Assembly (NCBI GenBank): GCA_037200925.1
Contig: JBBCGO010000001.1
Coordinates: 9,552-73,551, forward strand
Direction of reading: 5' to 3'
Source: Candidatus Doudnabacteria bacterium
Lineage (GTDB): Bacteria; Patescibacteriota; Doudnabacteria; UBA920; O2-02-FULL-48-8
Length of the DNA stretch: 64,000 nt
Positions 56,657-64,000 of the stretch are shown here, one piece after another. The notes below the pieces were generated by a model. It had not been told where the DNA came from. It did not search any database and saw only the letters and a list, made by a program, of their open reading frames with translations. Position 1 is the stretch's first letter, and each line of letters starts with the position of its first letter. Position numbers and translations under genes: made by a program.

Positions 56657-57586
56657 ATGTCTAGGAAACGGCCGATGATCCTGGTTTGCCCTGTTTTTTT
56701 TCTCATTTTTTTCGGACTTTCCTGCTCCAACGACAAGCCGACCCCGACTCAACCTACGCCGGTTCAGGCTCCCACGCTCTCTATTGTTGGAAACTCAGAG
56801 ATTGTGGGCAAGGGGAAGATTTTGCAGCTGTTTGCATCCTACAAGACAAGCACGGGAGTTGCTCAGGATCAAACCAACGCCGCCAACTGGAGCTCATCAA
56901 ATGCTTTGGTGGCATCCGTGAGCAAGACAGGATTGGTGACGTCGGTAGGTTACGGGCAGGCAGATATTTCTGCCGCGTTCAGCGGCATAAGTGCACTGGT
57001 TTCGGTGAAAATATCTCAGCCTCCGCCGATCACGTTTACCGTTGAGTCCCAAGGCACGAATGCTTCCAGCGGGGTTGACGATTACGGGAGGGCAATTTTC
57101 AAAAGGAACGGCAAGATCTTCGCCGGCCGAGATCCCTCGGTAACAGGAGCGCTGTTCTCCGGTCGAGGATTCAATCTGGTCATTATAGATCCGCAGACTG
57201 GAGAAATGGCGGGACCAATAGCCACCTTTGATACATATATTTCACGAAGCACGGGTGCGGATGTTTCAGCCATGACTGCTTTCGTGAACGGATTGCCTTC
57301 CGGAGTAATTATCCTGGTGGGCGTAGAAGATGAAGCTGGTCTTACCAGTGATGATTTTTCCTGCTTGCCGAACCCGACTCCCGGTACGGTCTGCTGCCGC
57401 CCGCTAGGATATTCCTGGACTGAAAATTTACAGCGATTGTTCGAATCGCTCGGTGCCACACAACTGCGCCGCTATTGCTACCGCAACTCCTATGCCTTTA
57501 TTGCGATCAAGGGGCAAGGCGCAAAAGCGGAACAGTTGGTTAACGCTACGACAGCAATTGCTGCGTATACATTGACCCTGCCATAA
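56657..57586 (+). CDS. lipoprotein with Big_2 domain and C-terminal ILEI/PANDER (FAM3-like, GG-type) domain
   Basis: Lipobox FGLSCSN. Big_2 region ..NAANWSSSNALVASVSKTGLVTSVGYGQADISAAF. The C-terminal GRGFNLVIIDPQTGEMAGPIATFDTY..IILVGVEDEAGLTSDD..LFESLGATQLRRYCYRNSYAFIAIKGQG aligns to the FAM3/ILEI core. Confidence 0.6.
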   Translation: MSRKRPMILVCPVFFLIFFGLSCSNDKPTPTQPTPVQAPTLSIVGNSEIVGKGKILQLFASYKTSTGVAQDQTNAANWSSSNALVASVSKTGLVTSVGYGQADISAAFSGISALVSVKISQPPPITFTVESQGTNASSGVDDYGRAIFKRNGKIFAGRDPSVTGALFSGRGFNLVIIDPQTGEMAGPIATFDTYISRSTGADVSAMTAFVNGLPSGVIILVGVEDEAGLTSDDFSCLPNPTPGTVCCRPLGYSWTENLQRLFESLGATQLRRYCYRNSYAFIAIKGQGAKAEQLVNATTAIAAYTLTLP

Positions 57587-57593
57587 GCGGGTT

Positions 57594-57620
57594 GCCCAAA
57601 TATCAAATTTGGGCTTTTTT
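57594..57620 (+). terminator. rho-independent terminator
   Basis: GCCCAAAT..ATTTGGGC stem then TTTTTT. Confidence 0.75.
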
Positions 57621-57634
57621 ATTTTTAACAACCA

Positions 57635-57663
57635 TTGACAAATAAGCCCAAAAGGAGTACAAT
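57635..57663 (+). promoter_or_regulatory. sigma70 promoter (TTGACA, 17 nt, TACAAT) positioned for an rnpB transcript start at about 57671
   Basis: Hexamers read directly. The 7-nt gap to the predicted 5' end matches the P1 helix start. Confidence 0.6.
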
Positions 57664-57670
57664 TTATTTT

Positions 57671-58048
57671 GCTTCTTAAGTAAGCGCGGCAGTCGCTCTC
57701 ATCGCAAGATGAGGGAGGAAAGTCCGAACACGTTGGTTGGATGGAATTCTCATGAGTTCATGCAACCTTAGGTAGCGGGTAATTCCCGTCGTGAGAGATC
57801 AAGAGATGCGAACAGTGACGCCTGATCAGAAATGAAAAGGCTCCTAAGCGATTAGGATGAAGCCAATGGTAACATTGGATTGAAACGGCTAAATTCTTAC
57901 CTAATAGTGCAATATCAAATAGGCTCTTAAATGAGCGGGTTGATAGCTTGAGGTGCGCAGCAATGCGTGTCCCAGATAGATGATTGCCTCTGCTTTGGGT
58001 AAAACCAAGGCAACAGACAGAATTCGGCTTACAACTTGCTTAGGAAGC
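57671..58048 (+). ncRNA. rnpB: RNase P RNA (bacterial type)
   Basis: Conserved P4 strands GAGGAAAGTCCGAACAC and ACAGACAGAATTCGGCTTA. A 5'/3' P1 pairing (GCTTCTTAAG/CTTAGGAAGC) is present. Length about 378 nt with its own promoter and terminator. Confidence 0.8.
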
Positions 58049-58058
58049 ATAAATATTG

Positions 58059-58084
58059 ATCCGATGGATAACCATCGGATTTTT
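58059..58084 (+). terminator. rho-independent terminator after rnpB
   Basis: ATCCGATGG..CCATCGGAT stem plus TTTT. Confidence 0.75.
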
Positions 58085-58141
58085 ATTGCTTTAATATGGC
58101 ACTTGAATTGCAGTATATTGAATGTTATGATTTAGAAGCTT

Positions 58142-58651
58142 ATGAAAAATGATCAAAAAATAATCATAGTGTTCTTGACAATAATTGCTTTGGCGCTCGG
58201 ATTTTTTGCTTATAAAAAAATGCACCCTCAGGCCAAAAGCATGCAATCCGCTCAAACCAACCAGAGTGCCCAGACCAATGCAAATACTAACAGCCAAACC
58301 GACGCACAGAAACTTTTGAATGTACCGGCGCCCAATGCCTCGGCAGATGAGATCACGCAGCATTCGCAATTGGCGGCCAAGCTGGCGGTGCTGGGCTCGG
58401 AAATTGAAGTGGGTGATTGCAAGTCCAAGCCGCTGGTTTTGCAGCTCAAGCAGGGGACTGCCTTTACATTAAAGAACAGCGGAGCATCCAAAGTGGGAAT
58501 TACTTTTGATAAAGACCACGTGGATTATGTTGATCCCGGAAAATCAACCGTTGTCAAAGCCTCTCTGGACCATGGGCCCGGTCTTTATGGTTATCGTTGT
58601 ATCACCAGTACGGCAAATGGCATCAGTGGTTTTGTCCTCGTTTCGCCGTAA
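58142..58651 (+). CDS. membrane-anchored cupredoxin-like small protein (degenerate copper site), paralog of 62472..63014
   Basis: N-terminal signal anchor and a Q/T/N-rich linker. The C-terminal beta-rich domain ends GPGLYGYRCITSTANGISGFVLV, following the plastocyanin-type G.Y.Y.C...G.xG.V.V pattern, but the second His and the Met are absent. Confidence 0.5.
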   Translation: MKNDQKIIIVFLTIIALALGFFAYKKMHPQAKSMQSAQTNQSAQTNANTNSQTDAQKLLNVPAPNASADEITQHSQLAAKLAVLGSEIEVGDCKSKPLVLQLKQGTAFTLKNSGASKVGITFDKDHVDYVDPGKSTVVKASLDHGPGLYGYRCITSTANGISGFVLVSP

Positions 58652-58736
58652 GTCCGACCTCTAGCTTGCATTTAGGATTTGAAATCATGGCTTGAAACCC
58701 ATGATTTTTTGTGGCATAATTAGGCCAAAGAAATAA

Positions 58737-60011
58737 ATGAAGAAACTAAATTATCAGGAGAATAAGGTCTTTATTCTGGCGGCAGGGTTTTTGGCCGTTG
58801 TGATCCTTTTATTTATAGGAATTTTGGCCGGCGGACGCATTAATTTTCATTTTAAACCGCATAACAATTTAGCTTCCTCAACTGATAATTACTCGGAATT
58901 GGATGCCATCCGCGGCCAAAACCAGGATTTCGGCCAGCTAACTGTTTTTTTCAAGGACTTGGCAAATAAAAAAGGCGGTGAATACGCTTACAAAGCCTTG
59001 GCTTTCGCCGCCAACTCCAATTATCTGGCGCCGAATATCGATACTCATTTGCTCGGCCATGTTGTCGGCGATGTTTTATTCGCCCAGGAAGGCCTGGACG
59101 GGATCAAAGTCTGCACCAATGATCTGCGCAATGCCTGTTCCCATTCCATCGTTGTCGGGGCCTTGCTTACACAAGGGCTTGGCGCGCTTCCCAAAGCGGT
59201 TGAGACGTGCCATTTGGCGCCGGGCGGTAGCGGCGCTTACACCATGTGCGTGCATGGTCTGGGTCATGGGGTTTTGGCATATACGAATTACGATATGAAA
59301 AAAGCCATTCAGTTGTGCGACAAGGTCGGGCAGCCGGTTATGAGCAGTCAGGAATATGCCCAGTGCACCGGAGGCGTTACCATGGAAATGATGGCCGGCA
59401 TACATGACCCGGTGGCCTGGGCCAAGCAAACTCCGTATTATTTCAGCAAGACCGATCCGCTGTCGCCCTGCGACATGTCATTCATGCCGGCGGCTGCCCA
59501 GCCCATGTGCTATAACTATCTGACTCCGCATTTGTTCCAGATGGCAGGTGCGGACCTGGGAAATCCGGGTCCGAAAGATTTTGAAAAGGCTTTTACTTTC
59601 TGCGCGAAACTGCCGGTTTCAAATAGAGTAAACTGGGATAATTGTTATGGCGGTTTCGGGAAGGAATTCCCGGTTTTGGTCAACGGCAGGAATGTTGAAA
59701 ATGTGCAGGACCTGGACGACGCCAAACTTAAAACGGTCTACAGCTGGTGCCAATTGGCCAAGGTCAGTGCCGGTGTGACTGACTGCATGAATTCAGCTCT
59801 TTCGTCGCTTTATTGGGGAGGGGAGAACAATCGCGACGTGGCGATCAGGTTTTGCAATGCGGTCAGTGATGCGCAAAACCAATCTCTGTGTTTTACATCT
59901 CTTTCCGGAGCCGTTTCTTACTACATCCAGGACCATTCATACCGGGAGAGTTACTGCTCTGAGATCCCGCAGGCTTATCAGACAGATTGCCGGCGATTGC
60001 TGCTCTTATAA
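58737..60011 (+). CDS. Cys/His-rich membrane-anchored protein, paralog A (repeated C-x-H-x2-G-H motifs)
   Basis: N-terminal TM. Motifs include THLLGHVVGD, CSHSIVVGAL and CHLAPGG..CVHGLGHGVL, with more than 20 Cys. Paralogous to the next two genes. Confidence 0.5.
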   Translation: MKKLNYQENKVFILAAGFLAVVILLFIGILAGGRINFHFKPHNNLASSTDNYSELDAIRGQNQDFGQLTVFFKDLANKKGGEYAYKALAFAANSNYLAPNIDTHLLGHVVGDVLFAQEGLDGIKVCTNDLRNACSHSIVVGALLTQGLGALPKAVETCHLAPGGSGAYTMCVHGLGHGVLAYTNYDMKKAIQLCDKVGQPVMSSQEYAQCTGGVTMEMMAGIHDPVAWAKQTPYYFSKTDPLSPCDMSFMPAAAQPMCYNYLTPHLFQMAGADLGNPGPKDFEKAFTFCAKLPVSNRVNWDNCYGGFGKEFPVLVNGRNVENVQDLDDAKLKTVYSWCQLAKVSAGVTDCMNSALSSLYWGGENNRDVAIRFCNAVSDAQNQSLCFTSLSGAVSYYIQDHSYRESYCSEIPQAYQTDCRRLLLL

Positions 60012-60030
60012 TTTTTTAGCGGATTTCTAA

Positions 60031-61281
60031 ATGCCAGATCTGAAAACCAAATTAAATTCCATCGGGTCAGTTTTGATCAGGAATTTTTTTGCAATTTCAT
60101 TATGCCTGATAATACTCGTCATTGCCGGGGAGATTACTGTTTTGACCTATAAAAAACATCCGGTAGGAACGGATCGTGAGACTTCTTCGCTGAATAATTA
60201 TGCGGACCAGATCATTGGCAAATGCAGTGATGAACGGTATCATCCCGCCTGCTACGATAAGGAAATTCCCAAACTTATGGATGTTATTTCCATGGAAGAC
60301 GCTTTCAAGGTCACGGCGATAATCCAAAGCAAAGACAGCACGTACCCTTATTGCCACGTGCTTGGCCACGAGCTCAGCGCCCGCGAAGTCGATAAAGATC
60401 CCACCAAATGGAAGGATGTTATAGCCAGGCTCCCGTCCGGGGTTTGCTCCAACGGCGGCATTCACGGGGCCCTGCAGGAAGAATTCCGTTCGGAAACATT
60501 TACGCCAAAGCAGGTTGCGAAGATCAAACCGGAGTTGGTCGATCTTTGCGAAAAGCGCGCGTCCTGGAATCCTACCGGCCTGGAACAGGGTTCCTGCTAT
60601 CACGCCCTGGGTCATTTGACCATGTATCTGACCAATGCCGATATTCCCAGTTCCGTCGCCATGTGCAACGAACTTGCCAAAAAACCCGACGGCCGCGATT
60701 ATTCCGAGCTTTGCTACGACGGGGCATTTATGCAGATCTTCCAGCCGCTGGAGCCTGAGGATAAAGAGTTAATTGCGGGCAAAGAAGTAAAAGAAGGCCA
60801 TCTTACCGCCTATTGCGAGCAGTTTACAGGCAATGTCAGAAGTTCCTGCTGGAGCGAGGGCTGGCCTTTGGTTTATAATCAGATAATGCAGCCGCAGGGA
60901 TTGGTCGCGCATTGTTCGGACAAAATTTTGCAAAGCCCTGACGATTCTGACCGGTGTTTTTTGTCGCTGTTCTATATTGTAACGGCCCAAATGAGCCTTG
61001 ACGGGAACTTGCTGGATAAGTTCTGTTCAGCCCTGCCGGCGAAATTCAGCGGGCAATGCTATTCTGATGCGGCGGGGCGCATGGTAGAAACTGATTATAA
61101 AAATATTCCGACGGCCGTGCAATTCTGCGGAAGCGCCAGCACTGCGGTCGACCAGCAGGCATGTTACGGTGATCTGGTCAGATATTCAACCTATAATTTT
61201 CATAGCGGGTCAGAGCAATTCAACAATCTGTGCAACAATATGCCCGAGGATTGGAAAACCAGATGTTTCGCAAATTCCTGA
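60031..61281 (+). CDS. Cys/His-rich membrane-anchored protein, paralog B
   Basis: N-terminal TM. Motifs CHVLGHELS, CSNGGIHGAL and CYHALGHLTMY in the same positions as in paralog A. Confidence 0.5.
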   Translation: MPDLKTKLNSIGSVLIRNFFAISLCLIILVIAGEITVLTYKKHPVGTDRETSSLNNYADQIIGKCSDERYHPACYDKEIPKLMDVISMEDAFKVTAIIQSKDSTYPYCHVLGHELSAREVDKDPTKWKDVIARLPSGVCSNGGIHGALQEEFRSETFTPKQVAKIKPELVDLCEKRASWNPTGLEQGSCYHALGHLTMYLTNADIPSSVAMCNELAKKPDGRDYSELCYDGAFMQIFQPLEPEDKELIAGKEVKEGHLTAYCEQFTGNVRSSCWSEGWPLVYNQIMQPQGLVAHCSDKILQSPDDSDRCFLSLFYIVTAQMSLDGNLLDKFCSALPAKFSGQCYSDAAGRMVETDYKNIPTAVQFCGSASTAVDQQACYGDLVRYSTYNFHSGSEQFNNLCNNMPEDWKTRCFANS

Positions 61282-62363
61282 CCAAGAACAATCTTATAAT
61301 CTTTTTATGCCTGATCATCTTCTCAACACTGCTGGCCATTTTTGCCTTAAGCAGCAGGCATCCGAAATCCGCGCCAATCCAGGCTTTTAACGTGGATCAG
61401 GAACTCAGCACGCTTTCAAAACAAAACACAGGCGATCTGTTTAAACCCATCCGCGATAATTTGAAGGAGCTGATGAAACGAGGAGGCATTGACGGATCAA
61501 TTCAGCTGACGGACAAAGCATTTGTAGCAGGCCTGATCCCGCTGGATGAATGCCATAGTTTGATGCATTTGATCGGGCACGCCGCATATGAATACAGCAA
61601 CGAGGACTTTCACCCCATCGTCAGCAAAGACAGCAATAAGTGCGTGGCCTCGTTTCAGCACGGCGTAGAAGCCCAGATCGTTGAGAGCAAGGTCAATATC
61701 ATGCAGGCCGTGCCGGAACTGAAGGATTATTGCGCGGCTTTGCGGCAGGTTTTACCCGGGATCACATGCTATCACGGCGCAGGCCACGGTACGATGAGAA
61801 TTACCCACGTTGCGGCCAAATCATTGCAGTTATGCGATGCGCTTGCCGGCGGACCGGAAACCGATCTGTCTGACTGCTATCGCGGAGTGTTCAGCGAGTA
61901 CGGCAACATGGCTCTCAACTATGACGGCGACACGGGTGAATATATTCCGACCCCATCCACGGTTACATACGATTCGAAACATCCGTTGCTGACTTGCCAG
62001 ACGTATGCAGCTAAATATCAGGATGCGTGCTATTCGCAGCTGACAAAAATAGTTTATCAGGGCTCGGATATAGAAGGTACATACAAAAATTGCCAGGATC
62101 CGAAGTATACCAGGTCAGCCCAATTAACCTGCACGCGGATCATTTCGGGAATTTACTCCGAGCAGACGTTATATAAAAATGATTTTGTAGCAGCGCCCAA
62201 GATCATTTCAACCATGTCAAAGGATTTCAGGGATGTTTATGTTTCGGGGATAAAACTGGGCTTTCTTTCGTACAGCACCAGCGGAGTGCGGAAGGATTGG
62301 CAAAAAAGCTGCAATCAGCTCCAAGTCTCGGACCGTCAGCGCTGCCTTGCAGCTTATGAATAG
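61263..62363 (+). CDS. Cys/His-rich membrane-anchored protein, paralog C
   Basis: The start is set at MFRKFLTKNNLIIFLCLIIF (signal anchor), 19 nt before the paralog B stop. Motifs HLIGHAAYEY, CVASFQHGVEAQ and CYHGAGHGTMRIT. Confidence 0.5.
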   Translation: MFRKFLTKNNLIIFLCLIIFSTLLAIFALSSRHPKSAPIQAFNVDQELSTLSKQNTGDLFKPIRDNLKELMKRGGIDGSIQLTDKAFVAGLIPLDECHSLMHLIGHAAYEYSNEDFHPIVSKDSNKCVASFQHGVEAQIVESKVNIMQAVPELKDYCAALRQVLPGITCYHGAGHGTMRITHVAAKSLQLCDALAGGPETDLSDCYRGVFSEYGNMALNYDGDTGEYIPTPSTVTYDSKHPLLTCQTYAAKYQDACYSQLTKIVYQGSDIEGTYKNCQDPKYTRSAQLTCTRIISGIYSEQTLYKNDFVAAPKIISTMSKDFRDVYVSGIKLGFLSYSTSGVRKDWQKSCNQLQVSDRQRCLAAYE

Positions 62364-62471
62364 GATTATACCGGCTGTGGATAATTGATTTTGCGCAGTT
62401 AAGGCATGAGTGTTATGATATAAGCCTATTGATATCTGCTTGAAACATTAAATAAAATTAAAAAGCAAAGT

Positions 62472-63014
62472 ATGAAAACAACGCAAAAAACAATCTTGGC
62501 GATCCTCGTCATAGCCATTTTAGTGGTGGGATATTTATTGTTTAACAAGCTGTCAACCGGCGGCCCCGCAAGCAATCCTGCGCCAAGCGGCCAAAATCCG
62601 GGAACTTCCACGCCTGTCTATAAAGCTCCAACCGTTTCAAAAGCGACCGCAGATGTATTAAAACAGCTGTCCACCAGCGCCAGCCAGAGCATCACCCCGC
62701 AGCAGATCAAAGACTATAGCGATAAAGTCGCGGCAGTTGCCGTCACTTCACCCGTCCTTGATGTGACCGGCTGCACCGCCACACCGAATGTATTAAAATA
62801 CAACGATAAAACAACTGTTACGGTCCAGAATAAGGACACTGTTGCCCATACTCTCACATACGGTCCGTCTGATAAAGTAGTTACTCTGTACAGCGCTCCG
62901 GCGCAGTCGGTAAAATCCGTGACGTTAAATATTCTTTCAGGCCCCGGGATCTACGGTTATCTTTGCGACAAGCAAGGCCCGGCCGGAATGTTGCTGGTAG
63001 TAGCAAGCCAATAA
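62472..63014 (+). CDS. membrane-anchored cupredoxin-like small protein, paralog of 58142..58651
   Basis: Signal anchor and a Pro/Ser/Thr linker. The C-terminal domain carries ..TVTVQNKDTVAHTLTY.. (like the plastocyanin N-terminal His strand) and GPGIYGYLCDKQGPAGMLLVV. Cys and Met are present, but the C-terminal His ligand is replaced. Confidence 0.5.
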   Translation: MKTTQKTILAILVIAILVVGYLLFNKLSTGGPASNPAPSGQNPGTSTPVYKAPTVSKATADVLKQLSTSASQSITPQQIKDYSDKVAAVAVTSPVLDVTGCTATPNVLKYNDKTTVTVQNKDTVAHTLTYGPSDKVVTLYSAPAQSVKSVTLNILSGPGIYGYLCDKQGPAGMLLVVASQ

Positions 63015-63030
63015 TTCCCGTTCCGATTAT

Positions 63031-63067
63031 AAAACCGTAAATAAATAATTTACGGTTTTATTTTTTG
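63031..63067 (+). terminator. rho-independent terminator
   Basis: AAAACCGTAA..TTACGGTTTT stem followed by ATTTTTT. Confidence 0.75.
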
Positions 63068-63094
63068 CCCAAATCAGCTATAATATAGTACCAT

Positions 63095-63247
63095 ATGTTT
63101 GAATCGATCAAACAAATTTTTACTTTACTTTCTAAGTCAAAAAAGATCTGGCTGATCCCTTTGCTTTTACTGCTGATAATAATCGCTTTGCTGATCATCA
63201 CCGCCCAAATTTCCGTTGTTCCTATTTTTTTGTATCCATTTGTATGA
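63095..63247 (+). CDS. small single-TM membrane protein (50 aa)
   Basis: MFESIKQIFTLLSKSKKIWLIPLLLLLIIIALLIITAQ.. It is not in the ORF track. It overlaps the next small ORF by ATGA and sits directly upstream of a carbamoyltransferase. Confidence 0.3.
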   Translation: MFESIKQIFTLLSKSKKIWLIPLLLLLIIIALLIITAQISVVPIFLYPFV

Positions 63248-63432
63248 AGAAAGCCGTTAAACTGATAAACGATATTTTTATCGCCTTCATATTGTTGATT
63301 TTTTACTTCATTTTTGTGGGCGTATTTTTTGTTATTGTCCGGTTTTTAAATTCTCAAAATAAAAAAGCCGGCTCTTTCTGGCTTACCGATGATGAAAAAT
63401 CGGCCGGCTTTGATCTGGATTCCGCTTACTAA
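63244..63432 (+). CDS. small single-TM membrane protein (62 aa)
   Basis: Hydrophobic core IFIAFILLIFYFIFVGVFFVIV, coupled to its neighbours. Confidence 0.3.
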   Translation: MKKAVKLINDIFIAFILLIFYFIFVGVFFVIVRFLNSQNKKAGSFWLTDDEKSAGFDLDSAY

Positions 63433-63435
63433 TAC

Positions 63436-64000
63436 ATGAATATCCTCGGTATTTCCGCGTTTTATCATGACAGTGCGGCGGTAATTTTGAAGGACGGGGA
63501 AATCCTGTGCGCGGCAGAGGAGGAGAGGTTCACACGAATTAAGCACGATAACCAATTCCCGTTCAAATCGGTTGAGTTTTGCCTAAAGCATTCGGGATTG
63601 TCCATCGGTAATATCGATCGCGTCGCCTATTATGAAAAACCCTTAAAAAAGTTCGAAAGGATACTTGAAAATTTTATTCAAACTTATCCTTTTTCATATG
63701 AGCAGTTTGTCAAAGGGATCCCCGAATGGCTGGGTAATAAGATAAGGGTTGAGAAAATAATAAAAAAAGAACTGGGTTTTTCCGGTAAAGTCCTGTTCGT
63801 TCCGCATCATTTGTCGCATGCTGCGGCCGCTTTTTTTTCGTCGGGACATGAGCAGTGCGCCATTCTTACCGTAGACGGAGTCGGAGAATATCAGACGACC
63901 TGTTTATGGACCGGAAATAAGAACCAGATCACTTTGCTTAAATCCCTGGATTATCCTGATTCTTTGGGTTTGCTGTATTCAACTTTTACTGCGTTTTTGG
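63436..64000 (+). CDS. carbamoyltransferase (NodU/CmcH family), N-terminal part (continues beyond the window)
   Basis: MNILGISAFYHDSAAVILKDGEILCAAEEERFTRIKHD.. is the Kae1/YgjD-like N-terminal domain of carbamoyltransferases. There is no stop codon before the window edge. Confidence 0.75.
   Translation, partial: MNILGISAFYHDSAAVILKDGEILCAAEEERFTRIKHDNQFPFKSVEFCLKHSGLSIGNIDRVAYYEKPLKKFERILENFIQTYPFSYEQFVKGIPEWLGNKIRVEKIIKKELGFSGKVLFVPHHLSHAAAAFFSSGHEQCAILTVDGVGEYQTTCLWTGNKNQITLLKSLDYPDSLGLLYSTFTAFL

Noticed and set aside
1-64000. CRISPR arrays, rRNA, tRNA, transposase or integrase genes
   Set aside because: No regularly spaced direct repeats with unique spacers, no rRNA-like conserved stretches, no cloverleaf-compatible segments and no transposase or recombinase-like ORFs were seen. 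The only repeat families are protein-coding tandem repeats and the two palindromic or intercistronic element pairs reported above.

Overview
The window is a gene-dense, mostly plus-strand stretch at roughly 45% GC, with a few short islands of higher GC. Several traits point to a small-genome, Patescibacteria/CPR-like Gram-positive-type bacterium: leaderless genes, an AlaRS that lacks its C-terminal domain, an S9 with an N-terminal extension, and a sortase plus cell-wall-anchored DUF11 proteins. This assignment is inference. Recognisable content includes the 5' and C-terminal ends of housekeeping genes (lgt C-terminus, ogt-like, a HIT protein) and the rfbB-rfbC-rfbD-rfbA dTDP-rhamnose genes. 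There is a sortase locus with two xP(K/V)TG-anchored DUF11 surface proteins, and a GC-rich two-gene island is inserted between the sortase and its candidate substrates. Other content includes galE, a kinase/GT2/S8-protease secreted-protein group and two ABC-2 exporter pairs. A polysaccharide cluster (Wzx, a frameshifted GT4, a Wzy-like protein and two GT2 genes) follows dinB, rarA and guaA; ctpA, a truncated alaS and a cupin-type PGI lie between it and the ribosomal operon. A conserved ribosomal operon (infA-rpmJ-rpsM-rpsK-rpsD-rpoA-rplQ, then rplM-rpsI), a 1,700-aa repeat-rich surface protein, typA and RNase P RNA (rnpB) are also present, and a carbamoyltransferase begins at the right edge. 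The candidates I consider most novel are:
- a 5-gene cluster at 58.1-63.0 kb, with two paralogous cupredoxin-like membrane-anchored proteins bracketing three paralogous Cys/His-rich proteins;
- a protein made of nine tandem zinc ribbons;
- two copies of a structured intercistronic RNA element with covarying hairpins inside the ribosomal operon;
- a 51-bp palindromic element present twice;
- an unexplained ~450-nt GC-rich non-coding island;
- a ~40-aa repeat module shared by three secreted proteins.
I found no tRNA, rRNA or CRISPR array.
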